From positions 42,481 through 106,480 of IMG/VR virus record IMGVR_UViG_3300000216_000003: 64,000 nucleotides of DNA; one strand, 5' to 3'. The notes beneath the pieces are model-generated. The model did no database searches and was not told where the DNA came from. It saw only the letters and a list, made by a program, of their open reading frames with translations. The DNA comes from a virus. Below, one piece after another: positions 40,271-50,189 of this stretch; within the stretch, counting starts at the first letter, position 1; each line of letters starts with the position of its first letter. A program made the translations under genes and the position numbers.

Positions 40271-41563
40271 ATGGCAGCAGCAACACCGCCAAATAATTAT
40301 AGTATAGAGTTAAAAATGTTACTCAATGGACAAGAAATGGTAACGAAGGATGTTAATACTTTTTATGTATATCGGACTCCATTGGTTAAATATGCCAGTT
40401 TCGCTACTGTAACTTTGCCGTTACCTACTGGTAATTTCTTAAATATAAGCGATACATTAAAAAAAGGCGAAGACTTACAGTTAACATTAACAATAACATT
40501 ACTAAATAAATTAAAAGATGGCCTCGATACTCGGGAACGTAAAGATGATAAATTAATAACTAGAAAAACATATAAGATATTATATATTGAATCAAGGGAA
40601 AAGGTAGGTGCAGAAAATCAATTAATGAATTGTACTATGTATTTAACTAATCCTGTATTGTTCTATTTATCCACTGTTAATAGTTTTAATAAGATAATCG
40701 AAAATTCTAATTCATTAGATGCCCTAAAAGAATTTGAAGGATTTATGAGTCAGTATGGAGATATTAGTTTTGATCATAAGATTGGAGTATCTACCTTTAA
40801 TACTAAAATACACGAACAGATAATGGTTAGATCTAAGAATGATCTCACCATTCCTACCCTTCTCCAATCCAACTTTAAGGTTATCGATCACTTTGCTTAT
40901 TACTTCTGGGATGACTTTAGAATAACAGATGATAATAGTTCTGATATTTGTGGAATCTTTATTTCATTTAATAATTTACCAGAATTTAATAAAGCTAATG
41001 TATTTTCAGATGGTGTTGCTGATTTTCAAATGGGGTCCAAAGAAGTCGGTATTACTCCAATTCAAGATGTTTTTGATTCATTGCTTGAAAATGATGCAAC
41101 TATGATCGCTACTAATTATGAAACATTCTTTAAAAAATATAAAGGTAATGATCCATCAGTTCCTAAAACTAAATCAAAAGTAACACCATCTTCTATAAAT
41201 GAAGATAGAAAAATTAATGCTGTTGAAGCCACTCACTCATCAGTTACCGTGCCCACAACTAAACAATTTTCTATTTATTCCTCAGACCCTACTGGTCTTC
41301 ATAAATCTGATAATGCTATGACTAGGTTTTCAAATATGTCTAAATTTGTAAGAGAAGAAGTTCAGGATGTGTATGATTTTCAGAATGATGATTGTCACCC
41401 TGATTATTTACAATTCGATAGAATATATGCCTTTGACTTACATGTTCCTTTTGATTTAAAATATATTCCGATTAGTATAGTTAATATCTTTTCAAAAGAG
41501 AACCCAAGAGAGACTATTATGAAACATTCAGCTAAATGGCAATGTTTAAGATTTAATTTATAG
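40271..41563 (+). CDS. Hypothetical protein, possibly baseplate/tail structural
   Basis: 430 aa with AAGGA SD; structural role is a guess. Confidence 0.6.
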   Translation: MAAATPPNNYSIELKMLLNGQEMVTKDVNTFYVYRTPLVKYASFATVTLPLPTGNFLNISDTLKKGEDLQLTLTITLLNKLKDGLDTRERKDDKLITRKTYKILYIESREKVGAENQLMNCTMYLTNPVLFYLSTVNSFNKIIENSNSLDALKEFEGFMSQYGDISFDHKIGVSTFNTKIHEQIMVRSKNDLTIPTLLQSNFKVIDHFAYYFWDDFRITDDNSSDICGIFISFNNLPEFNKANVFSDGVADFQMGSKEVGITPIQDVFDSLLENDATMIATNYETFFKKYKGNDPSVPKTKSKVTPSSINEDRKINAVEATHSSVTVPTTKQFSIYSSDPTGLHKSDNAMTRFSNMSKFVREEVQDVYDFQNDDCHPDYLQFDRIYAFDLHVPFDLKYIPISIVNIFSKENPRETIMKHSAKWQCLRFNL

Positions 41564-42170
41564 TTTATTTGATATAGATATAATAGAGTTTAACGGCAAT
41601 ATTGGGAGATAATCGATGCTAACCAGATCTGAAATATATAAAATAGTATGTTTGATACCAAGTGAAGAGTGGCAGGAATTCATTAAGACTGTGCATTATA
41701 AGTATGATATATCAGATGACTATACTACTTGGTCTCAAACTCTTGCAGAGAGTCCAGATATCAAGGATATTAGTACTGCTCTATTAAAGCTAAAACTAAG
41801 ATATTCATAATAGGTTGGAGATAAGTCAATGACTGCTGAAGATGTTTTTGATGTACTAAAAATTGTTAAATCTGAAAGGTGGGCGGAATTTACTGATTAT
41901 ATTGTAGATAATTATGAAGTTGATAGAGATAGCACTACTTGGATAGAGGCGTTATCAAAAAGTCCAGATCATGAATTAATTCATAAAGAGTTATTGCGTT
42001 TAAAATTAGAAGTATGTTAATGACTGAATTAGAAATTGCTAATCTAATTATAAATTTACCAATTACAGATACAAATTATGAAGAATGGCATGATTATATA
42101 TGTGGATTGTTTAAAATTTATAATATTCAAGGCACTGGGGCTTATAGTTTTGAAATTTATAAATCTATTC

Positions 42171-42607
42171 ATAAAGAAAAACTAATTAGGGATATAAACA
42201 GATGGAAACTTCTACACTCATGAAACACGAATCGTTTGAACCTCAAAACGCTGAAGAACAGGTAAGGATGTTCAGAATTATTGCTACACGATTAATTGAA
42301 ACCGATGAACGATTTAAAGACTCTAAAATTTTCATAGAAAAGGTTAATGATGAGAACTATGTTTTCGGATTCACTGTTAAAAATGATAATATACTTGATT
42401 TGGTTCTTAATGATTTCTTTGATGAAATGTTTGAAGAAAAAGGTCCATTTCACGATGCTGAGTTTATATTCTCTGGGGACCTCGATGCTGCCCCAGACTA
42501 TATTGAAAAAAAGAATAGCTATAGTTTTGCCATGAGAACCCTCTGGTAGAAATATAAAGAAAAAGTAATTAGTGATATATTAAGATGGAAACTTCTACAC
42601 TCATGAA
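42171..42607 (+). repeat. 54-bp direct repeat (42171-42224, 42554-42607; 49/54 identical, last 25 nt identical)
   Basis: ...agatggaaacttctacactcatgaa in both; a third related copy at about 42783-42806. Confidence 0.9.
42220..42549 (+). CDS. Acidic hypothetical protein unrelated to the surrounding array
   Basis: MKHESFEPQ...AMRTLW*; flanked by 54-bp direct repeats. Confidence 0.7.
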   Translation: MKHESFEPQNAEEQVRMFRIIATRLIETDERFKDSKIFIEKVNDENYVFGFTVKNDNILDLVLNDFFDEMFEEKGPFHDAEFIFSGDLDAAPDYIEKKNSYSFAMRTLW

Positions 42608-45193
42608 TCATATGTCGGAAAAGAAACTTGAAAAATTAATAATGACAATTCCAAGTGGTAGGGATTGGCATTCATATATCTTCGAACTATTCAAACAATA
42701 TAATATTACATATACTAAACCACCATACAGTGAACTAATCTGGAACTCTCATCATCGTGAATCAATTATTAAGGATATACTAAGATGGAAACTCCTGCAC
42801 TCGTAACTCTTCAAGAATTCAAAAATATGTTCTATAAACATGCTAGTGCTGTTCATAATTGGACTCCTAAATATAAATATGATGATGAACTGCATATGGC
42901 AGTCGCAACTTATATAATGGATGGTAGAGATAGAAGTACTTCATTATATAATAGCAGTAAAAAAGATTTGTTTATTCAAGATATGTTAAAAGTTAAATTA
43001 GAGAGGATTTAATGGATATATCATCTGAAGAAATTAAAGATTTAATAGATGATATATCTTTTCCTAAATGGTATAGGTTTATCTCAGATGCTCATATTAT
43101 CTATGATGTTGAATGGAATGGCCATTCATGGAGTAGTTCATTTATGGAAAGTAAGGATTTTAAACTTATTATTAATGAACTAATGCGTATAAGATTATCG
43201 GAGATATAATGTATGTTTCAGACGAAGAAATGATAGATCTAATAATGGATATTGATGAAGATGATTGGCGATTTTTTCTTCCTCGTATTAGTGATGAGTA
43301 TAATATAATATTTAACAATAAGAACTGGAGTAGTTCATTTAGGGAAAATAAAAATTTTAAATATATTGTTAATGAATTAAGACGAATGAGGTTATTGAGA
43401 TCATGACCACTCCAAGTCGAAAAGATTGGGAACAATTATGCGATTCTTTTTATAAGAGAGCTAGTCATCTTAATAGGATAAATAAAGGCACCAGTCATTG
43501 GAATATATTTTGGAAAAATATGGCTATTTATTATAATATTACTCGCCCATATTCAATTAATAGTGTACCAGATTCTCCAATATTTAAAAAGATATATAAT
43601 CATATGTTAAAGGCTAAGTTGGAGTTAGAGTAGTGAATATAAGTGATCAAGAGATTAATAAATTGATACATAATATTTCTAGCGCATTGTGGGATTTCTC
43701 GTTTGATGGAGATGGTGATAAAAAATGGTTGGAGGTTTTAGAATATATTCAATGGGAATATGGAGTAACTTTTATGGTTGATAGATATCTTATTGATGAT
43801 TTTAAAGCTTCTGGTAATATGAAACAAATAATTCAGTATTTAAATAAAAAGAAATTGGAATTGTTATGACATATGATGAAATTAGAAAATTAGGATTGGA
43901 TATATGTCAGAATTTTAAAGGAGATACCGAACTTAAAGATTTTGATTTGTATCTACAAACGAAATATGGTATATGGGACTATGAATTATTCTTTCCAGCT
44001 GATCAGATATATGATCACTGTGAAGTATCTAAAATAGTTAATGATATGTTGAAATTTAAATTGAGTTTATTATGACATTTAATGAATTTATGCTTCAAAT
44101 TAGTGTTATTCGAAAATCAACACACTATCTTAATTGGTGTAGGTTCGTAAAAAATCTAGAAACTGATTATCCAAAAATCAGATTCTCATTATATGGAGAT
44201 GAAAGATGGGTCGAATTATATGGTTCCCCTCAATTTAAAGAAGTATATAATAAAATAGTGAAGTTTAAATTGAGCCTATCTTGACTAACTTAGATATTGA
44301 AAATTTAATAAGAACTATCTATGAAAATTTTAAAGGTGGTTCGGGGCTACAAGATCTTGAAACCTATTTAAACAATGTTTATGGTATTTGGGATGATAAT
44401 ATATATTTTCCAATAGAACAAATATGTAGCCATACAGAAAAAAATAAGATAATCAAGGATTTATTAAAATTTAGATTAGGGCAATTATGAATATTTCAAT
44501 AAAAGAGCTTGATAAATTAATATTTTGGATTTTAAATCGAGTTACTATTTCAATAGAGGTTTTGGATGAATTAGATGAAGAACTTAGAAGGGATTATAAT
44601 ATCTGGTCTGATTATGATTATTTACCAACAGATCAGATAATACAGAACCCAAAAAAAGAACAAGTGATTCAGAGGTTACTTCAATTTAAACTATTATACT
44701 CATAACTGGAATTAATATGACGCCTAAAGAATTTTTTGAGTTTCGAATTAGTATATATGATTCTTTTGAATATGGAGATAGAAAATGGCATATATTTAAA
44801 AGTAAGTTGTTTAAGAAGTTAAACTTAAAAGAACCGGATAATTCAGATGATTGGGATAATCTAATATTAACACCATATTTTGATTATATAATTAAAGAAT
44901 TCTTAAGATTTAAATTGGAAAATGCATGAACTATCAAGATCTTCTTGATCTATATGGGGATATAAATGCTGGATTATCACCTGGTGAATCTTATATATTC
45001 TGGTCTAATTTAGCACGAAAATATAATCTATACTCACCATCTATTTATATAATACTTGAAAGCATGGATAAAGATAAAATAGTTAAAGATTTATTAAGAC
45101 AGAAATTGTTATTATTATGAAGAGCTTAAAACTAAAATACAGTTAAACTTAGACCTATTATTAATTTAATAGGTTTTATTTTCAGGAGTAGTT

Positions 45194-45646
45194 ATGATTA
45201 ATCAAATAGTCAAAATAGTAAATGCAAGTAGTAATGAATTACCTCAATATTCAAAAATTGGAGATAGTGGCATTGATGTACGAGCAAATTTACCAAATGG
45301 ACCAGTTCAGATTATATCAGGAGAACGATTATTAATTGATACTGGCCTAAGTGTAGCTATTCCAGAAGGCTATGAGATCCAGGTCCGTCCTCGTAGTGGA
45401 TTAGCATATAAAGAAGGTATCACAGTTCTTAATACCCCAGGTACCATTGATTCTAATTACAGAGGTAATATTGGAGTTATTTTAATGAATCATAATAATA
45501 ATATTGAACCTTTTGTGGTTAAGCATGGAGATCGGATTGCACAATTAGTATTAACTCCAGTTAACGGTATTATATGGAATATAGTTAAATCATTAGAAGA
45601 TACTAATCGAGGCGAAGATGGTTTTGGATCAACAGGAGTAAAATAA
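45194..45646 (+). CDS. dut: Trimeric dUTPase
   Basis: SGIDV, RPRSGLA, GTIDSNYRG, GDRIAQL, RGEDGFGSTG. Confidence 0.97.
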   Translation: MINQIVKIVNASSNELPQYSKIGDSGIDVRANLPNGPVQIISGERLLIDTGLSVAIPEGYEIQVRPRSGLAYKEGITVLNTPGTIDSNYRGNIGVILMNHNNNIEPFVVKHGDRIAQLVLTPVNGIIWNIVKSLEDTNRGEDGFGSTGVK

Positions 45647-46041
45647 TGCATATAAATAGTTACATTTCAGAAATATCTAAGTCAATTGAACAGGCAAAAT
45701 ATGTCCATTTGTCTAAAGTTGTTTATAATGAATGGAATAGAGTAACTCAGAAGTCAGATGGACCTGAACGATCTAAGTTTTTAGAAGATTGTGAAATAGA
45801 TGTATATAGTTTTCCTCAGACTTGGGGAAGTACCGCTCTTGGATTTGGTGGCCTTGGTGGTTCTGCTATGACGAATGCAGTAACCGTCGTTATAACTAGC
45901 CATATGAGTAGTGAAGCTGTCGTTTACTTTGGTGGGCGATTTGCATATAAGATTGAAAAATATAATTCAAAATTCATACAAGATATCTCAAACCATAGGA
46001 TGGCAAGTAGGCAGGATCATAATGCATATGAGGCTGAATAA
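45646..46041 (+). CDS. Phage hypothetical protein
   Basis: FPQTWGSTALGFGG.GG.AMT motif. Confidence 0.7.
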   Translation: MHINSYISEISKSIEQAKYVHLSKVVYNEWNRVTQKSDGPERSKFLEDCEIDVYSFPQTWGSTALGFGGLGGSAMTNAVTVVITSHMSSEAVVYFGGRFAYKIEKYNSKFIQDISNHRMASRQDHNAYEAE

Positions 46042-47013
46042 ATGGCTATTAGCCATTATTTAAAATATAGAGTCAATTTAAAAGGTATTCATGAGTTACT
46101 TCATAGTAAATATAAAAAAGTAAATATATTTATAGACATGCCAAGTATCGCCCGCGGATTTTATAATCAGAATGTGATGTTAATGGAGATTGATAATTAT
46201 GTCACAAATAAGGCAATGCCTGTATTATTCCTTAATGAACTTAAAGAATTTCTAAATAGTCTGTATACATCTTTTAAATATTACGACCCTCGTTTTATTA
46301 TTCATTTTGATAATGGTGTAAATAAACAAAATAGTACAGTACTAAAAGGTTATAAAGAAGGACGCCAATCTTCAGGATATCATATTCTTGAAGATGAGCA
46401 AATGCAACTGTTTAAAACTATTAAAAGTTATTATTATCAAGAAGTAGAAAATAAATTCATTAAACCAAACCTATCAACAGTTATATATTTAAAAGATTAC
46501 GAAGCTGATTTAGTTCCACATTATTGTATTTCTAATAACTATATGAATTCACAAAATGAAGATACATTGAATGTTGTATTGAGTGTAGATAAAGATTTAC
46601 TCCAATGTTGTAAATTTAATAACACAATACAAGCAGTATCTGTATATAAGAAAAGTGAAGGTAGAATTGATATGCAAATATATGATAATAGGAATGCTCT
46701 TATGTTTATGCATAAAGGATTTAAACCTGGAATAGTAACAGCATCCCATGTTCCATTGGTACTTGCATTAGCTGGAGATAAAGCTGATGGAATTAAAGGA
46801 TTAAAAGGAGTAGGCAATGCAAAGGCAATCGCTCTAATAATGAAGCATCGACTACCAGCTGAATATCCAAGAGAACTACCATCAGAACTTTCCCCTTACT
46901 TAAAACAAATACAACAAAACTATAAAGTAACAGACTTTGGAATGCAGGCTAGTCGTATCGATATGGTTACTACTAATACCGTTGATGATAAATTGAAAGT
47001 ATTAAGAGTTTAA
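46042..47013 (+). CDS. 5'-3' exonuclease / flap endonuclease (T4 RNase H / Pol I N-terminal type)
   Basis: YKEGR, EAD, SVDKDLLQ, LAGDKADGIKGLKGVG (H3TH). Confidence 0.88.
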   Translation: MAISHYLKYRVNLKGIHELLHSKYKKVNIFIDMPSIARGFYNQNVMLMEIDNYVTNKAMPVLFLNELKEFLNSLYTSFKYYDPRFIIHFDNGVNKQNSTVLKGYKEGRQSSGYHILEDEQMQLFKTIKSYYYQEVENKFIKPNLSTVIYLKDYEADLVPHYCISNNYMNSQNEDTLNVVLSVDKDLLQCCKFNNTIQAVSVYKKSEGRIDMQIYDNRNALMFMHKGFKPGIVTASHVPLVLALAGDKADGIKGLKGVGNAKAIALIMKHRLPAEYPRELPSELSPYLKQIQQNYKVTDFGMQASRIDMVTTNTVDDKLKVLRV

Positions 47014-47093
47014 GTTTTCATCTATAATATATAGATATAATAAAGTCCAAAGAGCAGTTTTCTTTTTCTAAAAAGTAATGGGAGTAATAACAT

Positions 47094-47669
47094 ATGTTTA
47101 CAATTTCTTCAAATGGAAATAAAAATACTATGATATATTGCAATAAGGAAATGTCAGATTCTACTTTAGTTCCAATATTAAATCATATTGGAATCGATGT
47201 ATCAAAACAAAAAGTAGTCACTGTGGATCCTGTTACTTATATGATTTGTAATAGTGAAGGTTTTAATGTTTACATTGAGAATGGAGATTAAATGAATATA
47301 CCAGAAAATAACCAAGAAGATATTAAAGAAGCTATAGGTGAAGTTCTTGAAGGGGATATTATCGATGATAATATTCCACCACCGCCACCTCAACCGGAAA
47401 TGTCTCCGGAACAGTTAGTATTGCAACAGTCTATGATGAATGATATCAAGACTGGTGGAACTACTACAATTCCGGATGGTATGAATGCACAAGATTTTGT
47501 GAATAGTATGCAGGCTGGTGGAAGCGGTGCCTCTGATCCTCGAATGGCTGCGATGGTTGAGAAGATGAAACAAAAAGAAGCTATTCGGACGATGGAAAAA
47601 CAAAAACAAAAAACAAAAAATCGAGCTGCTGCTAAAGTAGCAAAAGCCTCACGTAAGGCTAATCGATAA
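47094..47669 (+). other. Two hypothetical genes (47094-47291; 47292-47669 with poly-Pro and basic tail)
   Basis: Promoter 47030; terminator at about 47681-47722. Confidence 0.65.
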
Positions 47670-47812
47670 ATCTATATTGTTTGAGGCCAGTCACATCTCT
47701 TGTGGTTGGTCTCAAATTTTTATTGCCTAGTGTGAACCAAAAATATATAGATATAATATTTTAGGAATAGTTTTTATATTTTTCGAAATTTCAAAATTGA
47801 TAAGGAACACTA

Positions 47813-48223
47813 ATGAATCATTCAGAAGTTAATAGTAATATCAGAGAAGTAGTTGCGGACTTATTAAGTAGGGGTCATAAAAAGACTAATATCGGAAAAT
47901 CCTTATTAGGACCATCTGGATATACTCAGTTACTGAAATTTTTAGATGAAGATATGACAACCCGTTCTGATTTTGGTATTAAACCACTACAGAAAATTGC
48001 TAATTTATTAGACTGTGAAGTTCAAATTGTATTTGTAGATAAAGAATTTCAAGATGGTGATATATTAAAGAACCAAAATCATAAATTTATAAACGAACTA
48101 AAAGATGGTATTGCTAATTTCTTATCAGAAAATACAAGTGGCCCATCTATTCATCAAGAAAATATTAAGCGTAGAACTAAGCTGGATGATATTATTGATG
48201 AGGTGTTAGAAGAAGAGGTATAG
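47813..48223 (+). CDS. XRE/Cro-like HTH transcription regulator
   Basis: L..RG.KKT.IG..L...Y.QL..., LQKIANLLDCEVQIVFV. Confidence 0.55.
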   Translation: MNHSEVNSNIREVVADLLSRGHKKTNIGKSLLGPSGYTQLLKFLDEDMTTRSDFGIKPLQKIANLLDCEVQIVFVDKEFQDGDILKNQNHKFINELKDGIANFLSENTSGPSIHQENIKRRTKLDDIIDEVLEEEV

Positions 48224-48232
48224 TAAAAATAT

Positions 48233-48937
48233 ATGGCATATTATCAAAATTATAATAGTTTAGTGAAGCATTGTAAAGATGCTCTTGGCGCTCCTGTGAA
48301 CTCGATTGAGTTGACAGATGATGAAATAGCAGATAAAATTAGAGATAGTGTTTTACCTGAATTTAGTCAATATGTACCATTTAACAGCTATGTAAAAATA
48401 GCTCAAAATGATAAAGTTGATAATCCAGACACTATTAATACTGAAACTTATATTATTCCAAATGAAAATGAAGACCATATTAATTCAATATCAGAAGCCT
48501 ATTATGCATCTCAAGGAATAAATTCAAGTATTATATCTTACTATGCTGACCCAAGAGACACTGTGATGGCGAACACATACTCTGATATGATTAGTAGCTT
48601 GCAGGAAGTGCAGAATTATGAATTTATTCAACCAGATAAAGTAATGTTTGGTACCCCTTTAGATGGGAATGCTGTCATACTTAAATTGAATATAATTCCT
48701 CAAAGATTAGACCAAGTGCCTAGTGATTTATATATTAAATTACTTAAACCTATGGCTGAAAAATCTATTCTTGAAGTTATATTAAACAGAAGAACTAAGT
48801 TTCAAAATCTATCTACTCCATTTGGAGAAGTAGCTTTGGATGTCGATACTCTTAGAATGAGAATTGATGTCTTAAAGCAAGAGATTAATGAGAAGTTGGA
48901 TTGGTTACCAACCAAGCATTTAATAGAGTTTTTATAA
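48233..48937 (+). CDS. Neck protein, T4 gp13-like
   Basis: ALGAPVNSIELTDDEI..., matching the LGAP.I.VELT..QI motif of gp13. Confidence 0.7.
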   Translation: MAYYQNYNSLVKHCKDALGAPVNSIELTDDEIADKIRDSVLPEFSQYVPFNSYVKIAQNDKVDNPDTINTETYIIPNENEDHINSISEAYYASQGINSSIISYYADPRDTVMANTYSDMISSLQEVQNYEFIQPDKVMFGTPLDGNAVILKLNIIPQRLDQVPSDLYIKLLKPMAEKSILEVILNRRTKFQNLSTPFGEVALDVDTLRMRIDVLKQEINEKLDWLPTKHLIEFL

Positions 48938-49120
48938 TTTAAAATAGAAGACAGCGATTAATTACCGTTGATAGTAGCTCCTACCTATTATCTTATTCTT
49001 AATTATTAAATTGATATTGGGACTATATTAAATGAAAGTATTAAACTGAAATATCAAAATGACAATCGTTGAATATTAGAATCAATTCTCTACTCATAAA
49101 TTTAAGAAAGGAAGTAAACT

Positions 49121-49846
49121 ATGTCTTTTAATTCTAGGGGGGCATTAACCAACGAGTATGCCTTTTCATTACCCAGTTCTAGTCTTCTTATGGTGCAGCT
49201 TATGCACGAAGCCCCCCAAGTTACTAATACTAAATATGTAAATCAAAAATCCGAGCGCTTTATCTTCGTCAATATAGTGCCGGGGGTGGGAGGACGAGAA
49301 AATAGAACTTTTGATTGGAAATCGCAACTATCTATTAAATATTCAATTACGGAATTATCTGGACTCTCTTTTGTATTAAAACATACTGCATCTGGAAATA
49401 GTAGGAATGTTCTTCCATATAGTAAATATGCTAGAAGTGATAAAGCTGCAAAGATGGTTACTGTAACCGAAGCAGCAGCTGATCCAAATAAGGCATTTGA
49501 ACCTAGAAAAATATTCTTTACTATGCAAGAAAAAAATAGTGGGGCAAAGCATACTATTGCTATGACTCCAGATCAGGCATATGGATTAGCGGTTCAAATG
49601 GAAAAGATGTCAGAGAAAGCTATGGAATTAGAAGCTGAGAGACAAATAACAGCTCCTAGACAAGCCCCAGAGCAAAATGGGCAGGCATTTGAGCCTCATC
49701 AACAGCAAAATAATCAACCACAATTTCAAACTAGACAGTCTGCGAATCCACCACAACAGCAACAGCCACAAGTAAATCACCAACAACAGCATAATAATGC
49801 CGTTCAAAGTTTTGACGCAATGCTTAACAATAACTTTCAATCATAA
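49121..49846 (+). CDS. Putative ssDNA-binding protein, Whirly/PC4-like fold with Q/N-rich tail
   Basis: FVNIVPGVGGRENRTFDWKSQLSIKYSITEL resembles Whirly QFAPA.G.RQYDWS.KQVFSLSVTEI. Confidence 0.55.
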   Translation: MSFNSRGALTNEYAFSLPSSSLLMVQLMHEAPQVTNTKYVNQKSERFIFVNIVPGVGGRENRTFDWKSQLSIKYSITELSGLSFVLKHTASGNSRNVLPYSKYARSDKAAKMVTVTEAAADPNKAFEPRKIFFTMQEKNSGAKHTIAMTPDQAYGLAVQMEKMSEKAMELEAERQITAPRQAPEQNGQAFEPHQQQNNQPQFQTRQSANPPQQQQPQVNHQQQHNNAVQSFDAMLNNNFQS

Positions 49847-49859
49847 AGGAATACTTATA

Positions 49860-50117
49860 ATGACAACTCCAACTCCAACTTTAAATCTAGAAACAATTCT
49901 TTCAGACTTAATCAAAAACTTCGTAGATAAACCTGAATCAATCCAAATTAATACCGAAGAAGGTGAAAATACGGTATCTCTTAATATTATTTCAGATCCA
50001 AGTGATGCTGGAAAAATTATTGGTAAAGGTGGAAAGACAATTGATTCACTTCGCCAAATTGCCAGAGTTATTGGTTATAGATTAGATAAGCGTGTTATTC
50101 TACATGTTGTTGACTAA
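49860..50117 (+). CDS. khpA: KH-domain RNA-binding protein KhpA
   Basis: FVDKPE.I, D.SDAGKIIGKGGKTIDSLR (GxxG); start reassigned to MTTPTP (AAGGA SD). Confidence 0.85.
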   Translation: MTTPTPTLNLETILSDLIKNFVDKPESIQINTEEGENTVSLNIISDPSDAGKIIGKGGKTIDSLRQIARVIGYRLDKRVILHVVD

Positions 50118-50133
50118 ATAAAATAAGCACCCA

Positions 50134-50162
50134 AGGGACGGAGTAAAATCCGTCCTTTTTAT
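50134..50162 (+). terminator. Intrinsic terminator
   Basis: agggacgga-gtaaaa-tccgtcctt followed by a T-run. Confidence 0.75.
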
Positions 50163-50189
50163 ATTTCCAACTAAAATAAAAGAGTACCA

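Larger units (their letters stand above)
41616..45120 (+). other. Tandem array of 15 small (about 63-78 aa) helical paralogs plus one unrelated inserted gene
   Basis: ORF-track starts 41616, 41829, 42014, 42585, 42785, 43012, 43209, 43403, 43633, 43866, 44072, 44281, 44487, 44717, 44926; all end in h-h-(K/R/Q)-x-(K/R)-L-xxx; single promoter 41573-41584. Confidence 0.85.

Noticed and set aside
11694-45146. Diversity-generating retroelement or integron as the cause of the variable arrays
   Set aside because: No reverse transcriptase or integrase in the window, no adenine-specific TR/VR pair, and no attC-like palindromes between genes
45194-45646. Uracil-substituted genome as in AR9/PBS1-type RNAP-encoding phages
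   Set aside because: An intact dUTPase argues against dU-DNA
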